The notes: generated by a model from the letters alone, not told the origin. A stretch of 64,000 bases of DNA from Lysobacterales bacterium (GCA_038236935.1 JBBRZH010000003.1:18227-82226), one strand, 5' to 3'; counted from the stretch's first letter, positions 19,096 through 28,259 are shown. Numbers and translations are program-made.

Positions 19096-19251
19096 CTACT
19101 TGTTGATGATGATCGGGGTGGTCACCGAGCGTCCCCGGATGGAGGCCGTTTCGGCCGGTGCAGCTTCCGCCTGCTGATCGGCGTTGTCCGAGGCTTCGGT
19201 GCCCTCGTCGTCGACGATGTCCTCATCGTCATCGGGATGCATTACGTTCAT
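19096..19251 (-). CDS. Unannotated 51-aa acidic peptide
   Basis: AGGAG-cacgac-ATG; MNVMHPDDDEDIVDDEGTEASDNADQQAEAAPAETASIRGRSVTTPIIINK*; GC3-rich codons; followed by a hairpin. Confidence 0.7.
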   Translation of the reverse strand: MNVMHPDDDEDIVDDEGTEASDNADQQAEAAPAETASIRGRSVTTPIIINK

Positions 19252-19341
19252 GTCGTGCTCCTGGAAAAGTCGACGATTAGGGGAAATTTCCCTCGGGCGG
19301 AACGTCGTGGAGCCGCCGAGGGATGCAGCCTACTCCTGTGA

Positions 19342-21489
19342 TCAGGGCAGCGTCGATATGGCCCGTTGCTGTCTGGGCAGGGCCGGCGAGGGGATGTGGT
19401 GTTGGTGCACCAAGGCGATCAGGGCCGGTTCGCGGTAACCGGTATTCCACAGCTTCGGGAGCAGGAGCTGGGCCTCGTGCTCGCGTCCGAGCGCGAGCAA
19501 TGCCTCCACCTGCAATCCCAGCAGTCGAGGATCATTGGTGCCAGGAGAGTGCGCTTGCGTCGTCCGCAAGGCGTGTTCGCGCAGTGCCGTCGCGGTGTCG
19601 CCATCGCTGGTCGTTGCGGCGAGCAGCAACCGGGCGCGGACCGTCGCCAGCACAATCTCGCGATCCTCCCGTTGACCAGCCAGTTGCGGCTCGAGAATGC
19701 CCAGCGCCCGTTGCACTTGCGCACGTGCGTCCACGCTGCGACCACTCCCATGTGCCTGCTGTGCCTTCTCGATCAGGGCATCCGCCAACTCGCGTTGCCA
19801 ACTGGCATTGCCCGGATCCTGGCGGGTCAGCCGCTCCAAGACCTGCAGTCCCCGGTTGGCAAGCGCACTTGCGCCAGGCGTGGCCGATCCTGGCGCGTCA
19901 CCCGCCACTCTCACCCATCGGGCCAGTTGCGTTGAATACAGGCCGGCGTCTTCCTGGAATGCGGTGCTGCTGGCGTCGACAACCAGCAGGCGATCGACCT
20001 CGTCCAGCGCCTGGCGCAGATAGCCGATGCCAGTCACGACATCACCGGTCAACGCCAGGGTGCGCCCGAGCGCGGCGCGCGAAAGCACCAGCTTTTCAGC
20101 CTGCGCGTTGTCGCGGGGATCGCGGTTGGCAAGGTCGGCCTCGATGTCGACATCGGTGCGATATTCGGCCACCGCGGTCGCCAGGTCACCACCCATCAAG
20201 GCCATCTTCGCCAGGTTGTTGTGTGCCAGCCCGAGCAGCGCAACCCAGTCGCGGTTGCCGCGGTCGATCTGCACCAGGGCTTCGGACAGCTTGCGCATGC
20301 TGCGGTATTGAGCCAGCGCCTCATCCACGCGACCACGTCCTTCCAGCACGTGTCCCATGTTGTTGTCGATGGTCGAGAGCTGGTACAGCAATCGCGAATT
20401 CGCTGGCGCAAGTGGTCGGCTACGAAGCAGCACGCGCTGTGCCGATTCGAAACCGGCCTGGGCCTGGTCGAGCTGGCCCTGGTACCAGTGCGTAGTGCCA
20501 ATGAACGCGAGATCGTCGGCATACGCCAGTTGGCGTTCGATATTCGATGGTGCGGCCTGCGCGAGTTTCGACGCGAGGGCGGCAGCGGCCTGGTAACTCC
20601 GTAAGGCTTCCGGAAGGTGCCCCTGCTCGGTCCGGACATTGCCGATCTTCACCAATGCCTTGGCGCGTTGCTCCAGCGACTGGTCGGTGACATCGGTGGT
20701 TGGCAGCGACTGGAAGTAGCCCATCGCCTGGTCGTTGACTGCTGCAAGGATGTCCAGTCGCTCGACTTGTGCAAGCTTGTCGCTGAGATCGCCCAGCATG
20801 AAGTCGACCAGCGCTTCGGCTTGCTTCTGCCGACGCTCTGCGGCGTGTCTTGCGATCATCGCCTGCACGGCCAGGAAGCTGGTCAGCGTCATCACGAGCA
20901 GCGCGAGCGCGGTGATGACCAGCATGCGTCGGTGACGTCGCGCCGCCTCGCGTTGCCGCAAGGTGTCCAGGTTGACGCCGAGCAGCCCAGACAGCAGCTT
21001 GAGCCGCGCCAGAGATTTACCATCCTTGCCCGGGCGGAGATCCGCGGCGAGTGGTTCGGCCGGTTGCGTGCCGAGTTCACCATTGGCATCAAGATCGAAA
21101 CGCAACGCTTCGGGGAAACATTCGCGGGCATCGCCAGCATGCGGTTCGCCAGCCACGATCAGGCAATAGATGCGGTGAGCGCGACCATTGCGCTTGAACT
21201 TCAGGATCTCGCCATTGACCCATGGAGAACGTGCGGAATTGGGCGAGCAGACCACGATCAGGGCTTCGGAATCCGCCAGCGCCGCCTGGATCTTCGGACC
21301 GAGTTCACCGGCGCTGGCGAGTTCCTCGCGATCACGGAAAAATGGCGCCAGGCGATCGGGCAATACGCCGAATTCGCCACTGCTGCCGCGCAGTCGAGAC
21401 GGCACGCGATAGCCTTCCAGGTTGCGATGCAGCCAGCTGGCCCAGCGCGAATCCTTGTGGCTGTAGCTGATGAAAGCGCGGTACCGCAT
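19342..21489 (-). CDS. TIR domain - TM - TPR-like repeat protein
   Basis: AFISYSHKD, FFRDREEL, LIVVCSPNSARSPWVNGEI (catalytic-position Glu), one hydrophobic helix after RHRR, then helical repeats. Confidence 0.88.
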   Translation of the reverse strand: MRYRAFISYSHKDSRWASWLHRNLEGYRVPSRLRGSSGEFGVLPDRLAPFFRDREELASAGELGPKIQAALADSEALIVVCSPNSARSPWVNGEILKFKRNGRAHRIYCLIVAGEPHAGDARECFPEALRFDLDANGELGTQPAEPLAADLRPGKDGKSLARLKLLSGLLGVNLDTLRQREAARRHRRMLVITALALLVMTLTSFLAVQAMIARHAAERRQKQAEALVDFMLGDLSDKLAQVERLDILAAVNDQAMGYFQSLPTTDVTDQSLEQRAKALVKIGNVRTEQGHLPEALRSYQAAAALASKLAQAAPSNIERQLAYADDLAFIGTTHWYQGQLDQAQAGFESAQRVLLRSRPLAPANSRLLYQLSTIDNNMGHVLEGRGRVDEALAQYRSMRKLSEALVQIDRGNRDWVALLGLAHNNLAKMALMGGDLATAVAEYRTDVDIEADLANRDPRDNAQAEKLVLSRAALGRTLALTGDVVTGIGYLRQALDEVDRLLVVDASSTAFQEDAGLYSTQLARWVRVAGDAPGSATPGASALANRGLQVLERLTRQDPGNASWQRELADALIEKAQQAHGSGRSVDARAQVQRALGILEPQLAGQREDREIVLATVRARLLLAATTSDGDTATALREHALRTTQAHSPGTNDPRLLGLQVEALLALGREHEAQLLLPKLWNTGYREPALIALVHQHHIPSPALPRQQRAISTLP

Positions 21490-21534
21490 GTGTATTCCTT
21501 GTGGCGTGGCAGCCGGGTTCGGCCGTGAAAGGAA

Positions 21535-23265
21535 TCATCCGGACATCTGTGCATTTTCCAGCGGCCGCTCACGATGCAACAGGATCCATTCGGCATGTTC
21601 TTCCAGGCAGGCGCGTCCCAGCGCCAGCAGCAATTGCCTGGATTCGGCTTCTCCTCGCGCGCGATTCAGGCGTTCCCGGCAACTGTCGAACAGGCGCCGC
21701 ATGAAGCGGAACTGCTTGATCAATTCCTTGTCGGCTTTCTTGTACGAATACGCTTCGTGCAAACCGGCCAGCAGTGGCAGCAGGCCCATCGCCAGCACCA
21801 GCATCTGTTGCGTGATCGCGTGCAACCGATGCCCTCCGATCAGCAGAACCAGGGCGCCCGTGAGTCCAGCAAGCAATGCGAGATTGCTCAGGCGCGTGGT
21901 CGTGCGATGGGAACGTTCGCGTTGCAGGCTGCAGCGCTGGAAATAATCCAGTTGCCCACCCTTGCCTGAGCGATCGCCGATCCAGTGGTCGATGACCCAT
22001 TCCAGCCATCGCGAGTCGGGAACAAATGATTCATCGCGCAGCAAGCTGGTGTCGCGCATGGCATGGCGAATCCAGCTCAGGTCGACATCCTGTTTCTGGA
22101 GGAAACTATCGTAGCCCAGGCTGCTGTTGGGTGGGATCTCGACGCCTGCAATCCGCCAGTAGAGTTCCACGCGCAGGCCTTCGGCCAGGCCACGGTAATC
22201 GAGGTACTTGCGCTGCCATTGCCGTCGCTGGCCGATGATCGCCAGCAACAGCCCGAGCAGGAACAATCCGAGGAATGCCGCAAGGTACACCCGCAGCGGC
22301 GTGGCATCGGAATACAAAATGAAGGCCATGCCCATCAGCGCCGCGATCACGTGCGTGCACCACAGGCTCAGGCGCACGCGTCGCTGGAAATGGATGGCAA
22401 GCCAGTCGGCAGCATGGAACCGCCGCTCGATGGCAGCCGCGTTCCGTGATGGCGCACAGGGCAGTGGCGCAGTGAACAACGTCGATGCATCAATAGCGAT
22501 CTCCGGCGCGTACCGGTGCAGGTCGGCGTTGAACATTTCCAGCTGCCGGAATACATGGATGTAGTGTTCGGGCAGGCCACTGGACGCATCATGTTCGTCG
22601 GCCTGCGTCACCCATCGCGTCTTTAACGGCGGCAGCCGTGGTGGCGTACCTTGCGCGCCCAGGCGCCTGGAACAACTGATGTGGAAGATCAGGTCGCTTT
22701 CGTCATCGGCCAGCAGGTTGGGCGCGATCTCGTCGACGCTCAGGTTCGGCATCGTGTCGTGCAGGTGGAACTCGACTACCTGCGCGGTGCCACCCATCGC
22801 GCCATTCGAATTGCCGTCCCACAACGCCAGCAACAACTGGCAATGCGAGGACACGAACATTCCCAGTTGCGCGTATTGGCGATTGCGGGTTTCCCCACGC
22901 ACGGCAATCGCTTCGGAACAGATGCCCGGTGCGAGTGGCAACACCCGCACTACCGCTTGGGCAAGGATGGTCTGGAATCTCCGCAGCACGGCTGGATCGG
23001 TGAAATCACGTTCGTATTCGGCTTGCGCCATCGGTAAAGGGACCATCAGTTCGATCCCCAGTGCCAGCGCTTCCTCCGCCACCAGCTGGTCGCCGCCTTC
23101 GGCCAGCGCCGAGATCAACCGCAATGGGAGGTCCGGGAATTGCTCGCGCAGGTCAAGGAAAAATGCGCGAACAGTTGTCCGCAGCCCCGGCTCCTCTTCG
23201 GAAAGCAGGTCACGATGAGCGGTCAGGCCAATATTCAATCGCGCCCTGATGTCGGTGGGACTCAT
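21535..23265 (-). CDS. SLOG-like domain fused to two 2TM (SLATT/DUF4231-like) modules
   Basis: IGLTAHRDL, ISALAEGGDQLVAE, LLALWDG..GAMGGTAQVV (SLOG-like); TM hairpin followed by WQRKYLDYRGLAEGLR; second TM hairpin followed by ADKELIKQFRFMRRLF. Confidence 0.75.
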   Translation of the reverse strand: MSPTDIRARLNIGLTAHRDLLSEEEPGLRTTVRAFFLDLREQFPDLPLRLISALAEGGDQLVAEEALALGIELMVPLPMAQAEYERDFTDPAVLRRFQTILAQAVVRVLPLAPGICSEAIAVRGETRNRQYAQLGMFVSSHCQLLLALWDGNSNGAMGGTAQVVEFHLHDTMPNLSVDEIAPNLLADDESDLIFHISCSRRLGAQGTPPRLPPLKTRWVTQADEHDASSGLPEHYIHVFRQLEMFNADLHRYAPEIAIDASTLFTAPLPCAPSRNAAAIERRFHAADWLAIHFQRRVRLSLWCTHVIAALMGMAFILYSDATPLRVYLAAFLGLFLLGLLLAIIGQRRQWQRKYLDYRGLAEGLRVELYWRIAGVEIPPNSSLGYDSFLQKQDVDLSWIRHAMRDTSLLRDESFVPDSRWLEWVIDHWIGDRSGKGGQLDYFQRCSLQRERSHRTTTRLSNLALLAGLTGALVLLIGGHRLHAITQQMLVLAMGLLPLLAGLHEAYSYKKADKELIKQFRFMRRLFDSCRERLNRARGEAESRQLLLALGRACLEEHAEWILLHRERPLENAQMSG

Positions 23266-23392
23266 CTTCTGGCTGGTCCAGCATTGGCGTTGAAGGCGTT
23301 ATACGCCTCGGGAGGGGTGCCAGGAAAAGGGTGATCAAACGAGGGGCAGGTTCATTCTCTTTTCTGCGAGGTACATTGAACGCAGGTGTCGA

Positions 23393-26300
23393 TTACTTCA
23401 CGCGCGCTGCCGTGATCAATCCGGACAGGTCGCGCATGGATGCGAGTTGCTTTGCTTCGGTCGAACTCCCGTCGATTAACTGGACGGCAGCGTTGAGGTC
23501 GGCAGCGCGCTTGGCATGGCCGTCGACGTCAGTGTCGCGTGTAAGTGCGCTGACATACAGCGCATAGGCAAAGTCCTGCCGGAAGCTGGTTCCAGCCGCA
23601 CCCGCGTGCTGCTCTCCACTGTAGAACGCCAGTGCCGGTTGCAGGGTTGCCTGCGCTTCGTCATTGCGTGCTTGCGCGGCCAAGGCGTGGCCCAGCGCGG
23701 CAGCTGCCTGCGACGACTTGATTCGCGGATCGTCTTCCGACTTCGGATTAGGTGGAAGGGCAAGCCACCGTCGCGCCAGTGCTTCGGCTTGGGGGTAGCG
23801 GCCAAGTCGGAGTGCGGCATGACTCGCCGTGAACAGAACGCCGGAAAGAAAATTTTGTTGCATCAATTCCGCGCTGCTGCCTGGTGCGGTCTTGACCAGG
23901 TCAAGCCGGCTGACAATGGCGTTCGCGTCATTGAATGCGGCTTGGGTCTGGCCCGCGAACAGCTCCAGTCGTGCATTCATCTGCTGGGCGGGGTTCGCCA
24001 GCAATTGCCTTCGCGGGTCGTTCGCGGGTAGCGGTGCGATCAGCACGCCGGTGTCATGGACGAATCCTTTCACCGACTGCGTCGAGGCGTCGAAATCCCC
24101 GGCCTGGGCCTGCAACTGCCCGAGCTGCGCCCAGCCGAACCACATGTTGGGACCTAAATCGGACGGTCTCCGCGGGTCCTGCTCCATGGCCATCAGTGAA
24201 CGAAGACTTGCGATTGATCGACTGACTTCGCCACGTTCAAACTGCAGGTCAGCGACCTGTTGCAAGCCCGATGCCCAGCGTTGCCATGCACCCATGTCAG
24301 ATGGGTTGAAACGCACCTCGTCCTCGCCTGCCTGGGCGGCGCGTCGGGAATAGTCATCAGCGGTTGCAAGATCATGCTGGCGCCCGGCAATGGAACCGAT
24401 CAGCTCGGCGGCCCACGAACGATCGCTCAATGCATGCAGGTCGCCGGGTCGCTGCGCCAGTACTTTTTCTGCAAGGTCATACACCTGTTGTTCGAGCGCA
24501 CGTGCTTCACCGACACGGCCGAGCGAGAGCAGTTCACGCGATTCCGAGTCAGCGGTATCGGCGTACGACGCCGTCGCGTTGAGATCCGCCAGCTGCAAGG
24601 CGCCGAGCGTCACCAGCACTTTCCGCGCTTCAGCACAGCTTGCTACACCCTTGTCCGGGGTCTGCGAGTGGCTGAGGATGTTCAAGGTATCGGCATATAA
24701 CGACCGGACGCGTCGTGACGGGTTGGCGCCATAGACCAGCGGGCGCAACATATCGGCGGACTGGGTCAGCTGCGCCGCGGTGCCACGTCCGCCTCCGCTG
24801 GAACCCACGGTGCTGTAACCCTGGGTCGTGAGTGCCAGGGCCAAACCGTACGTGACGGGTTCGCCTTGGTCCCCGGCGGCGCGAAGTCGTTCGAAGATCG
24901 TTTCGGCCTCGCCGAAATTCTTGTAGGCCGCCGGGATGTTTCCACTGGATTGCAGCGCCGCGCCCTCGCGTACGAGGGCCATCGCGCGATAGATCCGCGT
25001 CTGTGGGGTCACCAGCTCCGGTGGCAGCCCATCGTAGTAACCCACCGTCATGTGTGCGAGCTTGCCCAGCGTGTCCAGGCGGCCGGTGGGTTCCAGTTCG
25101 GAATAGAAATCCTCGATCAGGAAGCTCACCAGCTTCTCGGCATTGCTGCGCGACGTTTGCGCTTCGAGTTCCGCCGAACGCGCGCGGTGCATGTTGACCC
25201 AGCCGAAGATCGCACCGGCGCCAGCGAGCAACATCAGCACGGCGCATACGGTGGCGATCATTCGCGCCCGCAGCAACGCGCGATGCGTCGTGGCTTCACG
25301 CGCTTTTTGCTCCGCAAGCCGGCGCTCGGCATCGTCGCGCGCTTCACGTTCCTGTCGCAGGTTGCGACTGGCGAGGACCACGCTGCAAAGCACGTCGTGG
25401 GTCAGCTCCACGCGGCGCATGTCCAGGCGCTCCTCGATGCGCAGCAGGCGTCGATTGACCAGGGTCGACAGCGCATCGGGGGCGGCACCCGCCGCGACGA
25501 GGGCCTTGATGACGCGTTCCTCGGCCAGGCTTTCGCGATACCCCGAATCAGTCAGCAGGTCGTCCTCGATCACGCGTCGCACGCCCGCAGGTTGATCGGC
25601 GAGGGTGCGTTCGTAGAACTCGCTGAGGATGGTGTCGCGCGAACCAGCCAGCAGGTCGGCGGAAATTTCGCTGCGTCCCTGTAGTTGCCGGACGGTGTTG
25701 AGTTCGCGGCAGACCAGGCTCAGCAATGAAGGTTCGATCTCCGCGTTGCCCAGCTCCGAACCGCCGGCGACGAAACGCACGATCGATTCCGCCACTTCCT
25801 GCGACACCAGGCGTCCGCCGGGCTTGACCACGGCACTAAGCGCCTGCGTGCCGGTCATGCGCGCCAAGCGCATCCTGTTCTGCGTGATCGACGGCATGAT
25901 GCCCTTCACGCTTTCCAGGTGCGCCAGGTAGTCTTCGCGCAATGCAATCAGGATGCGGTAGTCAGCGCGTGCGAAGTCGAAACTCTCCGCTGCCGTGTCG
26001 TCGTTCTCGATTCGTGCTTCGAGCGCGGCGGGCGGGCGGTTCTCGACCAGATCGGCGAGGTCATCCAGGAACTGGCGTGCACGCAGCCGACCGGCATCGT
26101 CCGCCTGCCCCAGGGTGAAGATCTCTTCGAACTGGTCGAAGATCAGCAAGGGCACCAGCGCGCGTCCATCGCCGTCGCGCAGCAGGTCGGAGCGATGGTG
26201 CAGGAACTCCCACAGTGATTCGCCTTCCACGGCGCTGCCAGGAAGCGTCCAGTCGCCGGCGACAGCCGATGCCTTGAAGATCTCCTGCTTGATCTGTTCA

Positions 26301-26581
26301 GAAGGCGAGGGCGATTCGGGTGCGTAGTCGATGCGCACGTAGATTGGACAAAATCCCTCGGTGCGCAGGCGCGGCACGATGCCGGCGCGCAACAGCGATG
26401 TCTTGCCCAACCCGGACTGACCGAACAACACCGTCAGCAGCTTGCGCTGCACGCGTCGCGCCAGTTCCGCGGTTTCTTCCTCGCGGCCATGGAAATACGC
26501 GAGTGTTTCCTCCGAATACGAGAACAGGCCCAGCCAAGGATTCTCTGGATCGACAGTAACCGCGTCGGCAGGCGTGCTCAT
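23393..26581 (-). CDS. nSTAND1-type NTPase - TM - TPR-like repeat protein
   Basis: NPWLGLFSY..YFHGRE, Walker A GQSGLGKT, Walker B LLIFDQFEEIF, ILIALREDYL, LVNRRLL, VELTHDVL, then a TM helix and helical repeats. Confidence 0.9.
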   Translation of the reverse strand: MSTPADAVTVDPENPWLGLFSYSEETLAYFHGREEETAELARRVQRKLLTVLFGQSGLGKTSLLRAGIVPRLRTEGFCPIYVRIDYAPESPSPSEQIKQEIFKASAVAGDWTLPGSAVEGESLWEFLHHRSDLLRDGDGRALVPLLIFDQFEEIFTLGQADDAGRLRARQFLDDLADLVENRPPAALEARIENDDTAAESFDFARADYRILIALREDYLAHLESVKGIMPSITQNRMRLARMTGTQALSAVVKPGGRLVSQEVAESIVRFVAGGSELGNAEIEPSLLSLVCRELNTVRQLQGRSEISADLLAGSRDTILSEFYERTLADQPAGVRRVIEDDLLTDSGYRESLAEERVIKALVAAGAAPDALSTLVNRRLLRIEERLDMRRVELTHDVLCSVVLASRNLRQEREARDDAERRLAEQKAREATTHRALLRARMIATVCAVLMLLAGAGAIFGWVNMHRARSAELEAQTSRSNAEKLVSFLIEDFYSELEPTGRLDTLGKLAHMTVGYYDGLPPELVTPQTRIYRAMALVREGAALQSSGNIPAAYKNFGEAETIFERLRAAGDQGEPVTYGLALALTTQGYSTVGSSGGGRGTAAQLTQSADMLRPLVYGANPSRRVRSLYADTLNILSHSQTPDKGVASCAEARKVLVTLGALQLADLNATASYADTADSESRELLSLGRVGEARALEQQVYDLAEKVLAQRPGDLHALSDRSWAAELIGSIAGRQHDLATADDYSRRAAQAGEDEVRFNPSDMGAWQRWASGLQQVADLQFERGEVSRSIASLRSLMAMEQDPRRPSDLGPNMWFGWAQLGQLQAQAGDFDASTQSVKGFVHDTGVLIAPLPANDPRRQLLANPAQQMNARLELFAGQTQAAFNDANAIVSRLDLVKTAPGSSAELMQQNFLSGVLFTASHAALRLGRYPQAEALARRWLALPPNPKSEDDPRIKSSQAAAALGHALAAQARNDEAQATLQPALAFYSGEQHAGAAGTSFRQDFAYALYVSALTRDTDVDGHAKRAADLNAAVQLIDGSSTEAKQLASMRDLSGLITAARVK

Positions 26582-27978
26582 GCGGACCTCCGCCCGGACA
26601 GGTCTTGCAGGCGGTGCAGGAATTCCGGCGACGGCTCGCCGCCGGGCAGCCGCACGATATGCAGCGCCTTGAAATTCTCGGGCACCAGCGCATCGCCCTG
26701 CGGCGTGTCATCGATGCACACCGGCAGGATGAACATGCCGCCATCGGCGATGTTGCGGGCGCGATCGACGGCGTAACTCCATTCGCGGCGGAAATACGCC
26801 TCGTGTCGTCGCTGCGTGGCGGCCGAAATCACCGGCACGAAGAAACTGCAGCGCGCGATGTTCGCTCGGATCTTGCGGTCGTAGTCGTCGCCGCCTTCCA
26901 GCCGGTCGATGTCGAACCAAGTGGTGATGCCGGCGGCATCCAGCGCGGCCTTGAGGTGTTGCACGGCCGCTAGGTCTTCGCGCGCGTAACTGATGAACAC
27001 CGCATTCTCCGGCATCTCGCGCGCTGGTGGCAGGAACCGTTGCGGCGCGCCGGTCGAGACACTGGATGCCAGGGATGGGCGCTGGCGTCGTGTCCAGCGT
27101 GCGTGCAGTTCGGCGACGAACGCCTCCGCCCCGCCATACACGCGCGTGCGCACGCTGACCTGCTGCAGGAAGGCCACCAGCCGGCTGTCCTGCATCGTGT
27201 GGTCGTCGGCGAACACTTCGGTGACATCGCGCGGATCGGACAGGCGCTTGCGCTTGGCCATGCGCAGGAACAATCGCGCCAGCCAGTTGGAGAAATCGCT
27301 GCCGATCAGCAGCAGGTGGTTGTGCTCGAGTTCGTGGAAGAGCTTCTCCGGCGTCAGGTGCTCGGACTGCAGCGCGCAGATGAACTCCAGCATGTCTTCG
27401 TCCGACAGCACATACGTCGGTGACGCCGACAGCCTCCCGAGCAGGTGGTAGATGACCGTATGTTGCAGCTGGCTGCGTTCGACCGGCAGGTCGACGACGC
27501 GATTGGGCGCATAGGCGATGACTTCGGTCGATGCCTGGCCGCCATGTCGCTCGGCGTTGATTGCGTTCTCGAGCAGTGGATCGAACGTGGTCGTCACGAA
27601 CAGGTTGAAGTCGGTGATCTGAGCCAGTTGCCGCAGGGCCAGCGGCGGCTCGAACTGCACCTCCCGCATGATCGATCGCAACCGCGTATATGCTTCCTCG
27701 CGCCGGCCGTGCTGGCCGAGGTAGCAGCACATCACGTCGTTGAGCGTGAGCGGGCGCGGCAAGCCGACGACGTCGACCGAGAGTCGGCCAGCAAGCTTTT
27801 CGGCCAGCCATTCGTACAAGGGGCGCAGTCCAGAGTCGGTCTGCACGCGGAGCAGGTCGGGCCCGATGATCGGGATGACCCGTCGCTCCTCGATGTAGTT
27901 CAACAGGTCGTCCCAGGCATCGTCGTCAAAGCCCTGCAAAGCGGGCGTGGTGGGCAGAAGTGTCGGTTCGGTTGCCAT
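26578..27978 (-). CDS. SIR2-like (SIR2_2) domain + C-terminal TIR domain protein
   Basis: VIPIIGPDLL, FVTTTFD, IYHLLG and LLLIGSDFSNWLAR form a SIR2-like Rossmann fold; VFISYAREDL, WFDIDRLEGGDDY and YFRREW are TIR motifs; ATGA overlap with the STAND gene. Confidence 0.8.
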   Translation of the reverse strand: MATEPTLLPTTPALQGFDDDAWDDLLNYIEERRVIPIIGPDLLRVQTDSGLRPLYEWLAEKLAGRLSVDVVGLPRPLTLNDVMCCYLGQHGRREEAYTRLRSIMREVQFEPPLALRQLAQITDFNLFVTTTFDPLLENAINAERHGGQASTEVIAYAPNRVVDLPVERSQLQHTVIYHLLGRLSASPTYVLSDEDMLEFICALQSEHLTPEKLFHELEHNHLLLIGSDFSNWLARLFLRMAKRKRLSDPRDVTEVFADDHTMQDSRLVAFLQQVSVRTRVYGGAEAFVAELHARWTRRQRPSLASSVSTGAPQRFLPPAREMPENAVFISYAREDLAAVQHLKAALDAAGITTWFDIDRLEGGDDYDRKIRANIARCSFFVPVISAATQRRHEAYFRREWSYAVDRARNIADGGMFILPVCIDDTPQGDALVPENFKALHIVRLPGGEPSPEFLHRLQDLSGRRSA

Positions 27979-28259
27979 TGATCAGGCCACTTGGGTAGAT
28001 GCGTCCCCGCCGCACGTGCGGGGAGTCGGACGCCGACCAGCCGTTGCAACGGCCGGGTGACCGCCCGCCGTCGCGGGAATCATGGTGCGATGGCAGTCCA
28101 GTGAAGTAACGCCATCCATCCGCTGGCCCGGACATGGCTTGTCCGGTCGACGGGCCGCGCCCCCGTGGACCGTATGGGACCTGCGCACCGGCACCGGCCC
28201 ACCACCGGGATTGGTCCAATCGTCGCCCGGACGACGAGCAGGTTCTGCATACTTCCCGG

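Noticed and set aside
19096-19251. Peptide as a RiPP precursor
   Set aside because: No modifying enzyme, peptidase or exporter of a known RiPP class is adjacent.
19096-27978. Naming the cluster Thoeris, Avs, CBASS, DSR or short-pAgo (SPARTA/SPARSA)
   Set aside because: There is no SIR2-SLOG or Macro-TM ThsA, no CD-NTase and no Argonaute/APAZ. The STAND lacks an N-terminal effector and carries a TM helix, and the SIR2-like motifs are degenerate.
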